Below, piece by piece: positions 39,224 through 48,804 of a DNA stretch of 64,000 nt. This DNA comes from Candidatus Aenigmatarchaeota archaeon (lineage in GTDB: Archaea > Aenigmatarchaeota > Aenigmatarchaeia > QMZP01 > QMZT01). The notes under the pieces are model-generated. The model had not been told where the DNA came from, made no database searches, and worked only from the letters and a program-made list of their open reading frames with translations. The DNA is taken from positions 87,824 through 151,823 of the forward strand of contig JBGPQP010000001.1 in assembly GCA_041489155.1 (NCBI GenBank), read 5' to 3'. Every line of letters starts with the position of its first letter. Position 1 is the first letter of the stretch. The position numbers and the translations under genes were made by a program.

Positions 39224-39251
39224 TAAATAAACATCACTTCTATTATTCTCT

Positions 39252-40364
39252 ATGAAAATCTTGGTTACTGGTGGCGCCGGTTTTATCGGTTCACATCTGG
39301 TGGACAAGCTGATTGCAGAAGGGCATGATGTAGTTGTTCTCGACATTATGGAGCCTCAGGTCCATCAGGGCAAAAAACCGGATTATCTGAACCCTAGGGC
39401 AAAGTATGTTTACAAGGATATCAAAGACAAAAAAAACCTGGCTTCCCTGCTCAAGGATGCAGAAATTGTCTTCCATCAGGCTGCGAATGTCGGCGTAGGC
39501 CAGTCGATGTACGAAATCGAGAGATACACTGAAACCAACGTGATGGGAACTGCCAGATTGCTCGATGCACTTGTTAATTCTGAGAATAGCGTGAAAAAGC
39601 TGATTGTTGCAAGTTCTATGAGCATCTACGGCGAAGGCGCCTATGCCTGCGGCAAATGCGGCGTTGTATACCCTGAGTTGAGACCGGAAGGGCAGCTGAA
39701 AAAAAGGGAATGGGAAATGAAATGCCCCGCCTGCGGCAAAACAGCAAAACCCCTTCCCACAGGAGAAAATAAGCCATTGAAACCGACTTCTGTTTATGCT
39801 ATCTCCAAGAGGGATCAGGAAGAACTGTGCCTCTCCGTCGGTCGCGCGTATGGCATTCCTGCCGTAGCATTGCGCTATTTCAACGTTTACGGCCCTAGAC
39901 AATCGCTCTCCAATCCTTACACAGGCGTATGCGCCATATTTTCATCCAGGATAAAGAACAGCAACCCACCAATAATCTACGAGGACGGTTTGCAGACAAG
40001 GGACTTCATTTACGTCGAAGACATTGTCCAAGCCAACCTGCTCGCCATGAAAAGCAGTGCTGCCAACTACAAGGCACTTAATGTCGGTACAGGCAAGCCG
40101 ACGAGCATACTCGACATCGCCGGTGTCCTTTCAAAACTTTACGGCAAAGACATTAAGCCACAGGTGATAAACAAATACAGGTCCGGCGACATACGCCACT
40201 GTTATGCCGACATAAGTGCAATAACAAAGCTCGGCTTCAGACCCAAAACGAGCTTTGAGGAAGGCATGAGGAAGCTCGTCGAATGGGGCATCGGGACAGA
40301 GGCGGTGGACAGGGTTGAGGATGCTGCCAAGGAACTGGAAAAAAGAGGGCTGGTGGAAAAATGA
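39252..40364 (+). CDS. NAD-dependent nucleotide-sugar epimerase/dehydratase with CxxC-CxxC insertion
   Basis: TGGAGFIG, SSMSIYG, YAISK, YFNVYGP; inserted CGKC...CPAC. Confidence 0.88.
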   Translation: MKILVTGGAGFIGSHLVDKLIAEGHDVVVLDIMEPQVHQGKKPDYLNPRAKYVYKDIKDKKNLASLLKDAEIVFHQAANVGVGQSMYEIERYTETNVMGTARLLDALVNSENSVKKLIVASSMSIYGEGAYACGKCGVVYPELRPEGQLKKREWEMKCPACGKTAKPLPTGENKPLKPTSVYAISKRDQEELCLSVGRAYGIPAVALRYFNVYGPRQSLSNPYTGVCAIFSSRIKNSNPPIIYEDGLQTRDFIYVEDIVQANLLAMKSSAANYKALNVGTGKPTSILDIAGVLSKLYGKDIKPQVINKYRSGDIRHCYADISAITKLGFRPKTSFEEGMRKLVEWGIGTEAVDRVEDAAKELEKRGLVEK

Positions 40365-41308
40365 GATTTCTAATCACCGGAGGAGCGGGCTTCATAGGCT
40401 CGCACCTTGCTGATTTTTTCGTTGAAAGGGCCTTGGGCGAGGTTTATTTGGGGTACTGGTCAGAAAAAAGCCTCGAAAGGGTAAACCATCTGAAAGGCAA
40501 GGTGAAATTCCTGAAACTCGACGTAAAAAACGAAGCAGCGGTCAGGAAGGCAATCGCTAAAATAAGGCCTGACGTAATCTTCCACCTTGCAGCGCAGAGT
40601 TACGTCACTGAGTCATGGAAGAAACCTAGGGAAACTCTTGAGACTAACATAATAGGGACGCTTAATCTTTTCAACGCGGTGATAGACGAAAAGCTTGACC
40701 CGAAAATAATAAGCGTATGTTCATCGTCAGAATACGGCCTGACCAAAAAGGAGGAAATACCGATAAAAGAGAGCAGGGAATTCAGGCCCATAAGCCCGTA
40801 CGGCGTAAGCAAGGTGGGGCAGGACATGCTTTCTTTCCAGTACCACAAGAGCCACAATCTCAAGATAATCAGGGTCCGCTTCTTCAACATAACCGGGCCG
40901 AGAAAAACGCATGATGCCTGTTCTGATTTCGCGAAAGGCGTTGCAGAGGTGGAGGCAGGCAAAAGCGCTTCGCTAAAGGTCGGTAATCTGGAGGCCATAA
41001 GGGACTACACCGACGTGAGAGACGCTGTAAAAGCGCTCTGGCTTCTGTATAAAAAAGGAGAGGTAGGCGAGGTCTATAACGTCTGCTCGGGCAGAGGGAT
41101 AAAGATGGGTGACATGCTGCGCATGCTTGCAGGTATGTCGCGCAAGAAAATAAATATCGTGTCTGACAAGAACAAGTTCAGGATAATAGACGATCCTCTT
41201 TACGTAGGCGACAACGCAAAAATGCGTAAGCTCGGCTGGAGACCTGAGACACCCATCGAGAAAACGCTCAAGGACACGCTCGATTACTGGCGGGAAAAGT
41301 TCGCGTAA
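40361..41308 (+). CDS. GDP-sugar dehydratase/reductase (GMD/RMD-like SDR)
   Basis: HLAAQSYV, SSSEYG, SPYGVSK, VGNLEAIRDYTDVRD. Confidence 0.85.
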   Translation: MRFLITGGAGFIGSHLADFFVERALGEVYLGYWSEKSLERVNHLKGKVKFLKLDVKNEAAVRKAIAKIRPDVIFHLAAQSYVTESWKKPRETLETNIIGTLNLFNAVIDEKLDPKIISVCSSSEYGLTKKEEIPIKESREFRPISPYGVSKVGQDMLSFQYHKSHNLKIIRVRFFNITGPRKTHDACSDFAKGVAEVEAGKSASLKVGNLEAIRDYTDVRDAVKALWLLYKKGEVGEVYNVCSGRGIKMGDMLRMLAGMSRKKINIVSDKNKFRIIDDPLYVGDNAKMRKLGWRPETPIEKTLKDTLDYWREKFA

Positions 41309-42342
41309 ACCTTCGACAATTTTTCTGCAATTTTTTTCCATGAATATTGTTCGGCCGTTTTCCTGGCGTTCAGCGATATTCTCCTGCGCAGTTTCGCGTC
41401 CTCCAGCTTCATTATGCCTCTTGCAAAGGCTTCAGGGTCATCCTTGGTTTTAATGCCGTTTTTACCGTTTTCGATGACTGTTCGCATGATACCGACGTCA
41501 TTCGTCACGACCGGCTTTCCGGCAGCAAGATATTCGCCAAGCTTGACAGGACTTCTGCTCCTGTTCGAGACGTTGTCAATGAACGGCATCAGAGCGATGT
41601 CGCAGGCGTAAAGATATTGCTTTACCTCATCCCTATTCTTCATGCCAACGAATGTGACGTTGAGGCTGAGTTTCGCTGCCAATCTTTCGAACTCCTTTCT
41701 CCTCGGTCCGTCGCCGACGACTGTAAGGTTCATATCATTTATATGCGTCATGCTCTCAAGGACGAAGTCCAGGTCGCTTGACTTGTAAAGCAGGCCGACG
41801 AAGAGGAGTTTCGGCCTCCCTTTGTTCTCGTGAAAAGAATATTTTATCCCTTCGGTATCCGCTCCGTTGGGTATGAAATGCACGTCCTTCGTGAAGCCGA
41901 ATTCTCTCGCCTTCCTTTCGAGAAACGGGCTCACCACGGTAAGCGCGTCCGCCCTTTTCACTATCCATTTCTCGAAGCGATCGGCTATGTGGTTGTAAGG
42001 GAATGGGTCCTGGTCTGCGAAGCCGCCGAAGCCTTCGAAATCGTCCCAGTCCAGTATCAGAGGCTTGCCTTTCAGTTTGCCTAAAAGCGATGGCACTCCT
42101 GATGTGGGAAGGGTTTTGAAGCAATGCACGATTCTCGCGTCGTCTGCCGCCATTTTTATCGCCTTTTCACCCATGGCCAGCAGCCTGTTGGAGAAATGCG
42201 TGAAAGCCGCGTTTTCCAGTTCGGTTCTGGGCGGCGAGAAAAGCATGCTTGCGCCGCTGATATGTTTTCCTAGGTTGATGATTCTCGTAGCGTTGCCGCT
42301 GAAGGCGTTGCTGCCGGAAACCAGCGTCACAAGATGGCTCAT
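41284..42342 (-). CDS. GT-B (GT4) glycosyltransferase
   Basis: IPNG, VGDGP, PVKLGEYLAAGKPVV. Confidence 0.85.
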   Translation of the reverse strand: MSHLVTLVSGSNAFSGNATRIINLGKHISGASMLFSPPRTELENAAFTHFSNRLLAMGEKAIKMAADDARIVHCFKTLPTSGVPSLLGKLKGKPLILDWDDFEGFGGFADQDPFPYNHIADRFEKWIVKRADALTVVSPFLERKAREFGFTKDVHFIPNGADTEGIKYSFHENKGRPKLLFVGLLYKSSDLDFVLESMTHINDMNLTVVGDGPRRKEFERLAAKLSLNVTFVGMKNRDEVKQYLYACDIALMPFIDNVSNRSRSPVKLGEYLAAGKPVVTNDVGIMRTVIENGKNGIKTKDDPEAFARGIMKLEDAKLRRRISLNARKTAEQYSWKKIAEKLSKVYANFSRQ

Positions 42343-42373
42343 AAATAGAATTTGGGCAACAGTTATTAATTGG

Positions 42374-43420
42374 TTAGAATATCTGCCTGTTGCTGTTTAC
42401 CCATTCGGCAAGGAAGCGTACGCCTTCCTCTGGAGCAACTTTTGCTTTCCAGCCAAGGGTCTTTTCAGCCTTGGAAACGTCGGATACGTAGACCTTCTGG
42501 TCTGACGGCCTCCAGGCATCGAAGCTCACATTCGACTTTTTACCAGTCTGTCTTTCCAGCGTTTCAAGCAGTTCCAGCAGCGAAAGAGTTTTCCCTGCGC
42601 CCCCGCCAATGTTGTAAACCCCGCTTTTCAGCGAAGAGCTTTTCTGCACGAACCTGTCGAAGGCCTCGATGAGATCGCTTACGTACAGCACGTCCCTCAC
42701 CTGCTTGCCGTCGCCGTATATGGTTATGGGCTTTCCGAGCAATGTTGCAATCGTGAACCAGGCGACCCAGCCCTGGTCTTCGACTCCGAACTGTCTCGCG
42801 CCGTATATGCAGCTCATCCTGAATATGCCCGCCTTTATTTCGTTCCTTTCTGCGTAATCTTGGACATACACGTCTCCTAGGAACTTGGAGCAGCCATATG
42901 GGGTGTGTTCGCACAGGTCTGTCGGGAAGGTTTCAGGTATACCATTCGCATATTTCGAATCAGAGAATTCGTATCTCTTGTCCCCCTCTTTTATCCTTAT
43001 CGCATTTACGTTGCTGCCATAGACCTTGTTTGTAGAGCAGTAAACAACAACGGGCTGGTTTTTAGCTTTCCTTGCTGCCTCCAGAACGTTGAAGGTGCCA
43101 AGGGCGTTTATCTCGAAATCGGTCCTAGGGTCGGCGACAGATGTCGTCACCGCTGTCTGTGCAGCTGCGTGCAGTATAACCTCAGCACCGCTTGCCGCCT
43201 TCTCGACGGTTTTAGCGTCCCTTATGTCACCTTTAACAAGCCTGATATTTTTGTATTGCTTCAGGTAGTTCCAGTTGTAGTCCGAGTTTTTGTCCGGCCT
43301 TTTCAGGATTTTGGCCCTGGACAGGTTGTCGAGCACGACGACTTCGTTGCCGCCTTTCGCATAATATTCCGCGGCATGAGAACCGACAAAGCCCGCTCCT
43401 CCCGTAATCAGGATTTTCAT
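42374..43420 (-). CDS. CDP-paratose/tyvelose 2-epimerase-like SDR
   Basis: AAQTAVTTS, STNKVYG, TPYGCSK, RMSCIYG, EDQGW, GKQVRD. Confidence 0.82.
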   Translation of the reverse strand: MKILITGGAGFVGSHAAEYYAKGGNEVVVLDNLSRAKILKRPDKNSDYNWNYLKQYKNIRLVKGDIRDAKTVEKAASGAEVILHAAAQTAVTTSVADPRTDFEINALGTFNVLEAARKAKNQPVVVYCSTNKVYGSNVNAIRIKEGDKRYEFSDSKYANGIPETFPTDLCEHTPYGCSKFLGDVYVQDYAERNEIKAGIFRMSCIYGARQFGVEDQGWVAWFTIATLLGKPITIYGDGKQVRDVLYVSDLIEAFDRFVQKSSSLKSGVYNIGGGAGKTLSLLELLETLERQTGKKSNVSFDAWRPSDQKVYVSDVSKAEKTLGWKAKVAPEEGVRFLAEWVNSNRQIF

Positions 43421-43474
43421 AATTCTAATTGAGTCCCCTTATTTAAAAATATGCAAATCGTGCGCATGAAAACG

Positions 43475-44932
43475 CTATCTGGCTATGAACTTTATTTTTC
43501 TCATCGAATTCTTAAGAACGCCGCTCAGGCCTTCGCTTTTATACGAGCTGACAATGTAGCTCTTCAGCGTTTTCGGATTTGCCAGTACGCTCACGAAAAG
43601 TTTTTTCTTGGCCCTGGTTATGGCATTTTCTATAACTTCTTTGGTGCAGTCCGGGTATGCAATTACAGAGCATCCGGAGCCGTCGTATTTCGTCCAGTCC
43701 CTTGTCAGCAGCCACCCCTTCTCCTCGCACATTTTGTAGAAATCCGTCCCCGGATAAGGCGTGGCGACAGAGAACTGCGCGGTGTCGGTCTTCAACCTTA
43801 CAAAGAAGTCTATGGTTTTTTGTACCGTCTCCTCTGTCTCGCCTGGCAGACCGAACATGTACGTGGCATGGGTGAATATGCCGAGCTTCTTGCAATCCCT
43901 GGTCATCCTTACCGCATCCTTTGGTGTGAAGGCCTTGCGGATGTTTTTTAGTATCTGGGCGTCAGCAGATTCAACGCCGAATTTTATGCTTATACAACCT
44001 GCCTCTTTCATTTTTTTAAGCGTCTCGTATTTCGCTTTCGTGTCCCCCATGCATGACCATTTTATCTTTATGACCCGTGTCATCATCAGGTCGCATATCT
44101 GCTTCACCCTTTCCTGGTCCGTCGTGAAGGAAGAATCGTCAAAGTATATCTCCTTGAGCTTGTATTTTCTGACAAGCATCTCGATTTCATTGACGACGTT
44201 TTCAGGCGACCTCGGCCGGAAATTGGGCCTGCCATAGTAAACTGAGGGTTCAACACAATATATGCAATTGTAAGGGCAGCCTCGGCTCGTGACCATCTGG
44301 ATGTTCGGCATGTGCTTGCAGAAAGGCTCGTTGTATTTTCCCATCGGCAGATCGTCCCTCTCGGGGTATGGCAGCTCGTCGAGGTTGCGTATAAGCTCAC
44401 GCCTCTGGTTGACGATTATTCTATTGCCTTTTCTGTAAACAACGCCGTCGACATCGCCAAGATCCCCGCCCTTCTGCAGGGTTTTCACAAGATCCAGCGC
44501 GGTGTAATCATACTCGCCGTACATGATGAAATCGATGAACTTATTTTCCTTCATTATTTCGTTATATAGTGCGGAAGTATGCGTACCGCACAGGACAACT
44601 AGCGAACCTATTTTCTTAACCTTTTCGGCCATCCTCAGATCGTTGTATATCGATACCGTCGAGGTTTCAATTATTACTATATCAAATTTCTCCTGCCTTA
44701 CAAATTCCAGAAATCCGCTTTCCGTCATCCCTTCCGCTATGCAATCCTTCAACTTTGCGCTTATACCGTTCTTTTTCAGGACAGCAGTCGTATATGCGAG
44801 GAAAAATGGGAAGGGATAATAATCTACGGTCTGTACGTCCTTCCTTCTCGTATGCGCCCATCTGCTCCCTGCCCTGACACCATACGTTCCCTCTTCTGTT
44901 GACCACGGAATGTTCGCAAGCAAAACCTTCAT
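43475..44932 (-). CDS. B12-binding-domain radical SAM enzyme (HpnJ-like)
   Basis: AGSRW...PFFLA N-terminus, GEYD, SRGCPYNCIYC, FGVES, GLPGET, PYPGT. Confidence 0.88.
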   Translation of the reverse strand: MKVLLANIPWSTEEGTYGVRAGSRWAHTRRKDVQTVDYYPFPFFLAYTTAVLKKNGISAKLKDCIAEGMTESGFLEFVRQEKFDIVIIETSTVSIYNDLRMAEKVKKIGSLVVLCGTHTSALYNEIMKENKFIDFIMYGEYDYTALDLVKTLQKGGDLGDVDGVVYRKGNRIIVNQRRELIRNLDELPYPERDDLPMGKYNEPFCKHMPNIQMVTSRGCPYNCIYCVEPSVYYGRPNFRPRSPENVVNEIEMLVRKYKLKEIYFDDSSFTTDQERVKQICDLMMTRVIKIKWSCMGDTKAKYETLKKMKEAGCISIKFGVESADAQILKNIRKAFTPKDAVRMTRDCKKLGIFTHATYMFGLPGETEETVQKTIDFFVRLKTDTAQFSVATPYPGTDFYKMCEEKGWLLTRDWTKYDGSGCSVIAYPDCTKEVIENAITRAKKKLFVSVLANPKTLKSYIVSSYKSEGLSGVLKNSMRKIKFIAR

Positions 44933-44943
44933 TCGCTCACCAA

Positions 44944-45843
44944 TCAAATCTTCTCCACGTTTTCATACGCCTTCGCGTTGCCGTGCTTCATATCGTGGTA
45001 TTTGGCGTATTTCATTACCCGGTTGTATGAAGCTGCAAAAGCCCATATAAAACCATGCATGCCATCCCTGAAGCCCTGCTGTATTATGTAGAAGCGCAAG
45101 AAAGCGAACAGCGGCTTGAAGGGGACGGTCCATTTCAGTTCGTAGCCGTCTATCGCTGTCCTCGCCATCACGTATGAATTTATTACGGAGTTCTTCTTTC
45201 TCCTGTTATCCCTGTATTTGCCGAAGAAATTTCTTACAACCCCCCAAGGATGCACCCAGACGAACTTTTTGTTGAAGAGGTCCTGCGCTTCCCTGGTGCT
45301 GTACCAGTTGCTCTTGTTGAAATAGTGATGCCAGCTGTCGTAGTTATAATGTATAATGGAGTTGCAAAGCTTTCCGGCTTCGCCCCTCAGTATTATCCTT
45401 TCGTGCACCAGCTTCTCCTGGAATCTAGCCTTATCCTTCCTGAAAAGCCTCAGCTGGTAATCAGGCCACTGACCTGCGTGCTTTATCCACTTCTTTCCGA
45501 CGAAGCTTTTTCTTGGGATGTAGTAACCGTCATACTTGGGATTCTTTATGATGTCTTCTATTTCTTTCCTTAGCTCATCAGTAATCCTCTCGTCAGCATC
45601 AAGATTGAGTACCCAGAGGTTTCTGGCCTTGTCTATGCCCATGTTCTTTATCTTACCGGTCCCTATCTTTTCTGCAGTCAGGATTTTGTCCGTGTATTTT
45701 CTGGCGATATCCCTCGTCTTGTCTCTGCTGAAACTGTCGATGACAATAATATCGTCTGCCCATTTGACGCTTTCCAGGCATTCGCCTATACGCCCCTCCT
45801 CGTTGAGGGTTATCACGACAACCGAAAGGCTGACCTTGTCCAT
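44944..45843 (-). CDS. GT2 glycosyltransferase (WaaE/KdtX-like)
   Basis: ITLNEE, DSFSRD, LDADE, WPDYQLRLF, VHE. Confidence 0.88.
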   Translation of the reverse strand: MDKVSLSVVVITLNEEGRIGECLESVKWADDIIVIDSFSRDKTRDIARKYTDKILTAEKIGTGKIKNMGIDKARNLWVLNLDADERITDELRKEIEDIIKNPKYDGYYIPRKSFVGKKWIKHAGQWPDYQLRLFRKDKARFQEKLVHERIILRGEAGKLCNSIIHYNYDSWHHYFNKSNWYSTREAQDLFNKKFVWVHPWGVVRNFFGKYRDNRRKKNSVINSYVMARTAIDGYELKWTVPFKPLFAFLRFYIIQQGFRDGMHGFIWAFAASYNRVMKYAKYHDMKHGNAKAYENVEKI

Positions 45844-45918
45844 GCAAATCACGGCAGATAATGATGTTTTTATCGTTTTTATTTAAAAACGGCCGAGTAA
45901 ATAAAAATACGTGATTGC

Positions 45919-47193
45919 ATGCAGGCTGTCATCCTTGCAGGCGGTAAGGGAACCAGGTTGAACATGAATATCCCTAAGGCGATGGTCAAGGTAGGCGACA
46001 GGCCGGTCCTGCAGTATCAGATAGAGCTGCTGAAAAAATACGGCATCACAGATATAGTTCTTTGCGTCAAGCACCTCTCGGAAAAAATAAGGGAGCATTT
46101 CGGCGACGGAAGGCGCTTTGGCGTGCACATATCCTATTCCATGGAGAAGGATTTTCTTGGCACGGCAGGCGCAATAAAATTTGCGGAGAAAAAGATAAAA
46201 GGCGATTTTATCCTCCTTTTCGGCGACGTGATGCTCAACATGGACTTTGCAAAACTTGCGAGATATCACAGGCAAAAAGGCAGCATGGTCACGCTGGTCG
46301 TGCATGAATCTGACCATCCCTACGACAGCGACATCGTCGAAATTGACGCTAAAAACAAAGTGACAGGATTTCTCGGCAAGCCCAGGCCAGGGCAGAAATT
46401 CAGAAACCTTACCAATGCTGCTGTCCACGTTATGAAGAAATCTGTCCTTAAACACGTAGGTGGGGACAATTCCGACTTCAGCAGGGACGTTTTCCCCAAA
46501 CTAATAGAGGCCGGGCTGCCAATTTACGGCTACGTGACCAGCGAATACATAAAAGACATGGGCACGCCGGAAAGGCTAGAAAGGGTGAGGAGGGATTTCG
46601 AGAGCGGAAGAATACTGGAGAGAACCGCCGTCTTCCTTGACAGGGACGGGGTGATAAATGAGGATGTCGATCTCGTCTACAAAACCTCGCAGCTAAGACT
46701 GATAAAAGGCTCTGCAGAGGGCATAAGGATGCTCAACCAGAAAGGCTTCCTTACCATCGTCATAACCAACCAGCCGGTCGTTGCAAGAAACCTCTGCACA
46801 GAGGAGGAAGTCATGCAGATCAATGAAAAGCTGAAACGGATGCTCGCCAGAAACGGGGCGAGGCTCGACGGGATTTATTACTGCCCCCACCACCCCGACA
46901 AGGGATACCCTGAAGAAAACCCGAAATACAAGATCGAGTGCGAATGCAGGAAGCCCAAAATAGGCATGATAATGCGCGCTTCAAGGGATTTTGGCATCAA
47001 TCCAAGGCAATGCGTTTTTGTCGGCGATAGAACGGCCGACATAAAGACCGGCGAGAACGCCGGCTGCAGCACCATACTGGTCAAAACCGGCAAAGGCGGC
47101 GCCGATGGTAAATACGACGTCAGGCCGGATTACGTATGCAAAAACCTTCTCGAGGCGGCCAAATTAATATTAAAAACCCATAAGCCAAGATGA
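45919..47193 (+). CDS. Fused heptose-1-P nucleotidyltransferase (HddC-like) + heptose-1,7-bisphosphate phosphatase (GmhB)
   Basis: LAGGKGTRL...PK, DMGTPE; then FLDRDGVIN, TNQP, CPHHP, CRKP, GD. Confidence 0.9.
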   Translation: MQAVILAGGKGTRLNMNIPKAMVKVGDRPVLQYQIELLKKYGITDIVLCVKHLSEKIREHFGDGRRFGVHISYSMEKDFLGTAGAIKFAEKKIKGDFILLFGDVMLNMDFAKLARYHRQKGSMVTLVVHESDHPYDSDIVEIDAKNKVTGFLGKPRPGQKFRNLTNAAVHVMKKSVLKHVGGDNSDFSRDVFPKLIEAGLPIYGYVTSEYIKDMGTPERLERVRRDFESGRILERTAVFLDRDGVINEDVDLVYKTSQLRLIKGSAEGIRMLNQKGFLTIVITNQPVVARNLCTEEEVMQINEKLKRMLARNGARLDGIYYCPHHPDKGYPEENPKYKIECECRKPKIGMIMRASRDFGINPRQCVFVGDRTADIKTGENAGCSTILVKTGKGGADGKYDVRPDYVCKNLLEAAKLILKTHKPR

Positions 47194-47197
47194 GAGT

Positions 47198-48169
47198 ATG
47201 ATTATTTCCAAGACGCCGTTCAGGATAAGCTTCTGCGGGGGCGGGACCGACCTCAAGGAATACTATTTCAAGACCCAAGGCTCGGTAGTATCGACGGCTA
47301 TAGACAAGCACATGTACGTCACAGCCAAGGACTATTTCGACACCAACAAGATATTTCTGAAATATTCAAGAACAGAGCTGGTTTCGAAAGTTGACAAGGT
47401 TAAACATCCGATAATAAGGGAAGCGCTCAAGATGACAGGCGTGCTCAGAGGCGTAGAAGTAACCAGCATGGCAGGCATACCGAGCGCTACTGGTCTTGGT
47501 TCATCCAGCGCTTTTGCTGTTGGCTTGCTCAATGCCCTGTATGCCTATCTGGACGAGCACAAATCTCCGGAGCAGCTGGCAAAAGAAGCGTGCAGGATAG
47601 AAATAGATATTCTGAAACAGCCAATAGGCAAGCAGGACCAGTATATTGCAGCGTATGGCGGCTTCCGTCACATAGCATTTAATCCCGACGAGACCGTGAA
47701 TCTGGAGCTGATGGTTTTGCCCAAATCGCTGAAAGAAGAACTCGAAAGCAACCTTATACTTTTATATACGGGCATCACAAGAAAAGCCAGCGAAATCCTT
47801 TACGAGCAGAAGAAAAATACCTCAAACAAAAAGCTTTTCCTGGATAAGATGAAGGATCTCTCCTTCGAGCTCAAGGATTCGCTCATTAAAAAGGATATAA
47901 CCAGATTCGGAGAGCTGCTAAATAAGAACTGGGAATACAAGAAAAAGCTCGCCTCTAGAATAACGAATCCGGTAATAGACAGATATTACGACGTTGCCAT
48001 GAAATCTGGTGCGCTTGGCGGAAAGATACTCGGCGCCGGCGGAGGGGGTTTCATGCTGTTTTATTGCGAGGCGAGAAAGCAGAACGCTCTCATAAAGAAT
48101 TTAAGCTCACTAAGACATGTTCCTTTCAGATTCGAAAGCCAAGGCACCAGGATAGTGTACAGGGATTGA
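47198..48169 (+). CDS. hddA: D-glycero-D-manno-heptose 7-phosphate kinase (GHMP)
   Basis: PFRISFCGGGTD, GLGSSS, GKQDQY, KILGAGGGGF. Confidence 0.88.
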   Translation: MIISKTPFRISFCGGGTDLKEYYFKTQGSVVSTAIDKHMYVTAKDYFDTNKIFLKYSRTELVSKVDKVKHPIIREALKMTGVLRGVEVTSMAGIPSATGLGSSSAFAVGLLNALYAYLDEHKSPEQLAKEACRIEIDILKQPIGKQDQYIAAYGGFRHIAFNPDETVNLELMVLPKSLKEELESNLILLYTGITRKASEILYEQKKNTSNKKLFLDKMKDLSFELKDSLIKKDITRFGELLNKNWEYKKKLASRITNPVIDRYYDVAMKSGALGGKILGAGGGGFMLFYCEARKQNALIKNLSSLRHVPFRFESQGTRIVYRD

Positions 48170-48170
48170 C

Positions 48171-48752
48171 ATGAAAGACTTCGCGTCTTCGTATTTCAGG
48201 GAACTGGAAAAGATATTCAAAAAAATATCGGCAAAGGACATAGATGACATAACTAATGCTATCTACAATGCCTATACAAACGGCAGGACCATATTCATCC
48301 TTGGCAACGGCGGCAGCGCTTCTACAGCCTCGCATTTCGCCTGCGATTTGGGCAAGGGAACGCTCAGCAGGGTTTATGACCCCAGCGAGAGCAGGTTCAG
48401 AGTTGTCTCGCTCACGGACAACGTAGCCACCATAACCGCCTACGCCAACGACCTTTCCTTCGACGACATCTTCGTCCAGCAGTTGCGCAACCTCGTCCAC
48501 AAGGGCGACGTGGTGATAGCGATAACTGGTAGCGGAAACTCAAAAAACGTCATAAAGGCCATGAAATACGCAAGGGAATGCGGAGCGATAACCATAGGCC
48601 TCCTCGGCTTTGACGGCGGGAAGGTTAAAAAGCTGCTTGACAGGAGCGTCGTCGTACCCACCAGCCATTACGGCAGGATAGAGGACATGCACATGATACT
48701 TGAACACATGATAACGGATTATTTGAGAAACAGAATGAAAGAGAGGAGATAG
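48171..48752 (+). CDS. gmhA: Phosphoheptose isomerase (SIS), variant type
   Basis: GNGGS, HFACD, TAYAND, GSGNS, GFDGG, EDMH. Confidence 0.8.
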   Translation: MKDFASSYFRELEKIFKKISAKDIDDITNAIYNAYTNGRTIFILGNGGSASTASHFACDLGKGTLSRVYDPSESRFRVVSLTDNVATITAYANDLSFDDIFVQQLRNLVHKGDVVIAITGSGNSKNVIKAMKYARECGAITIGLLGFDGGKVKKLLDRSVVVPTSHYGRIEDMHMILEHMITDYLRNRMKERR

Positions 48753-48804
48753 GGTTAAAATTCTCGGACAAACGATTAATTTCAAGATCAGATGATGATG
48801 CTGT

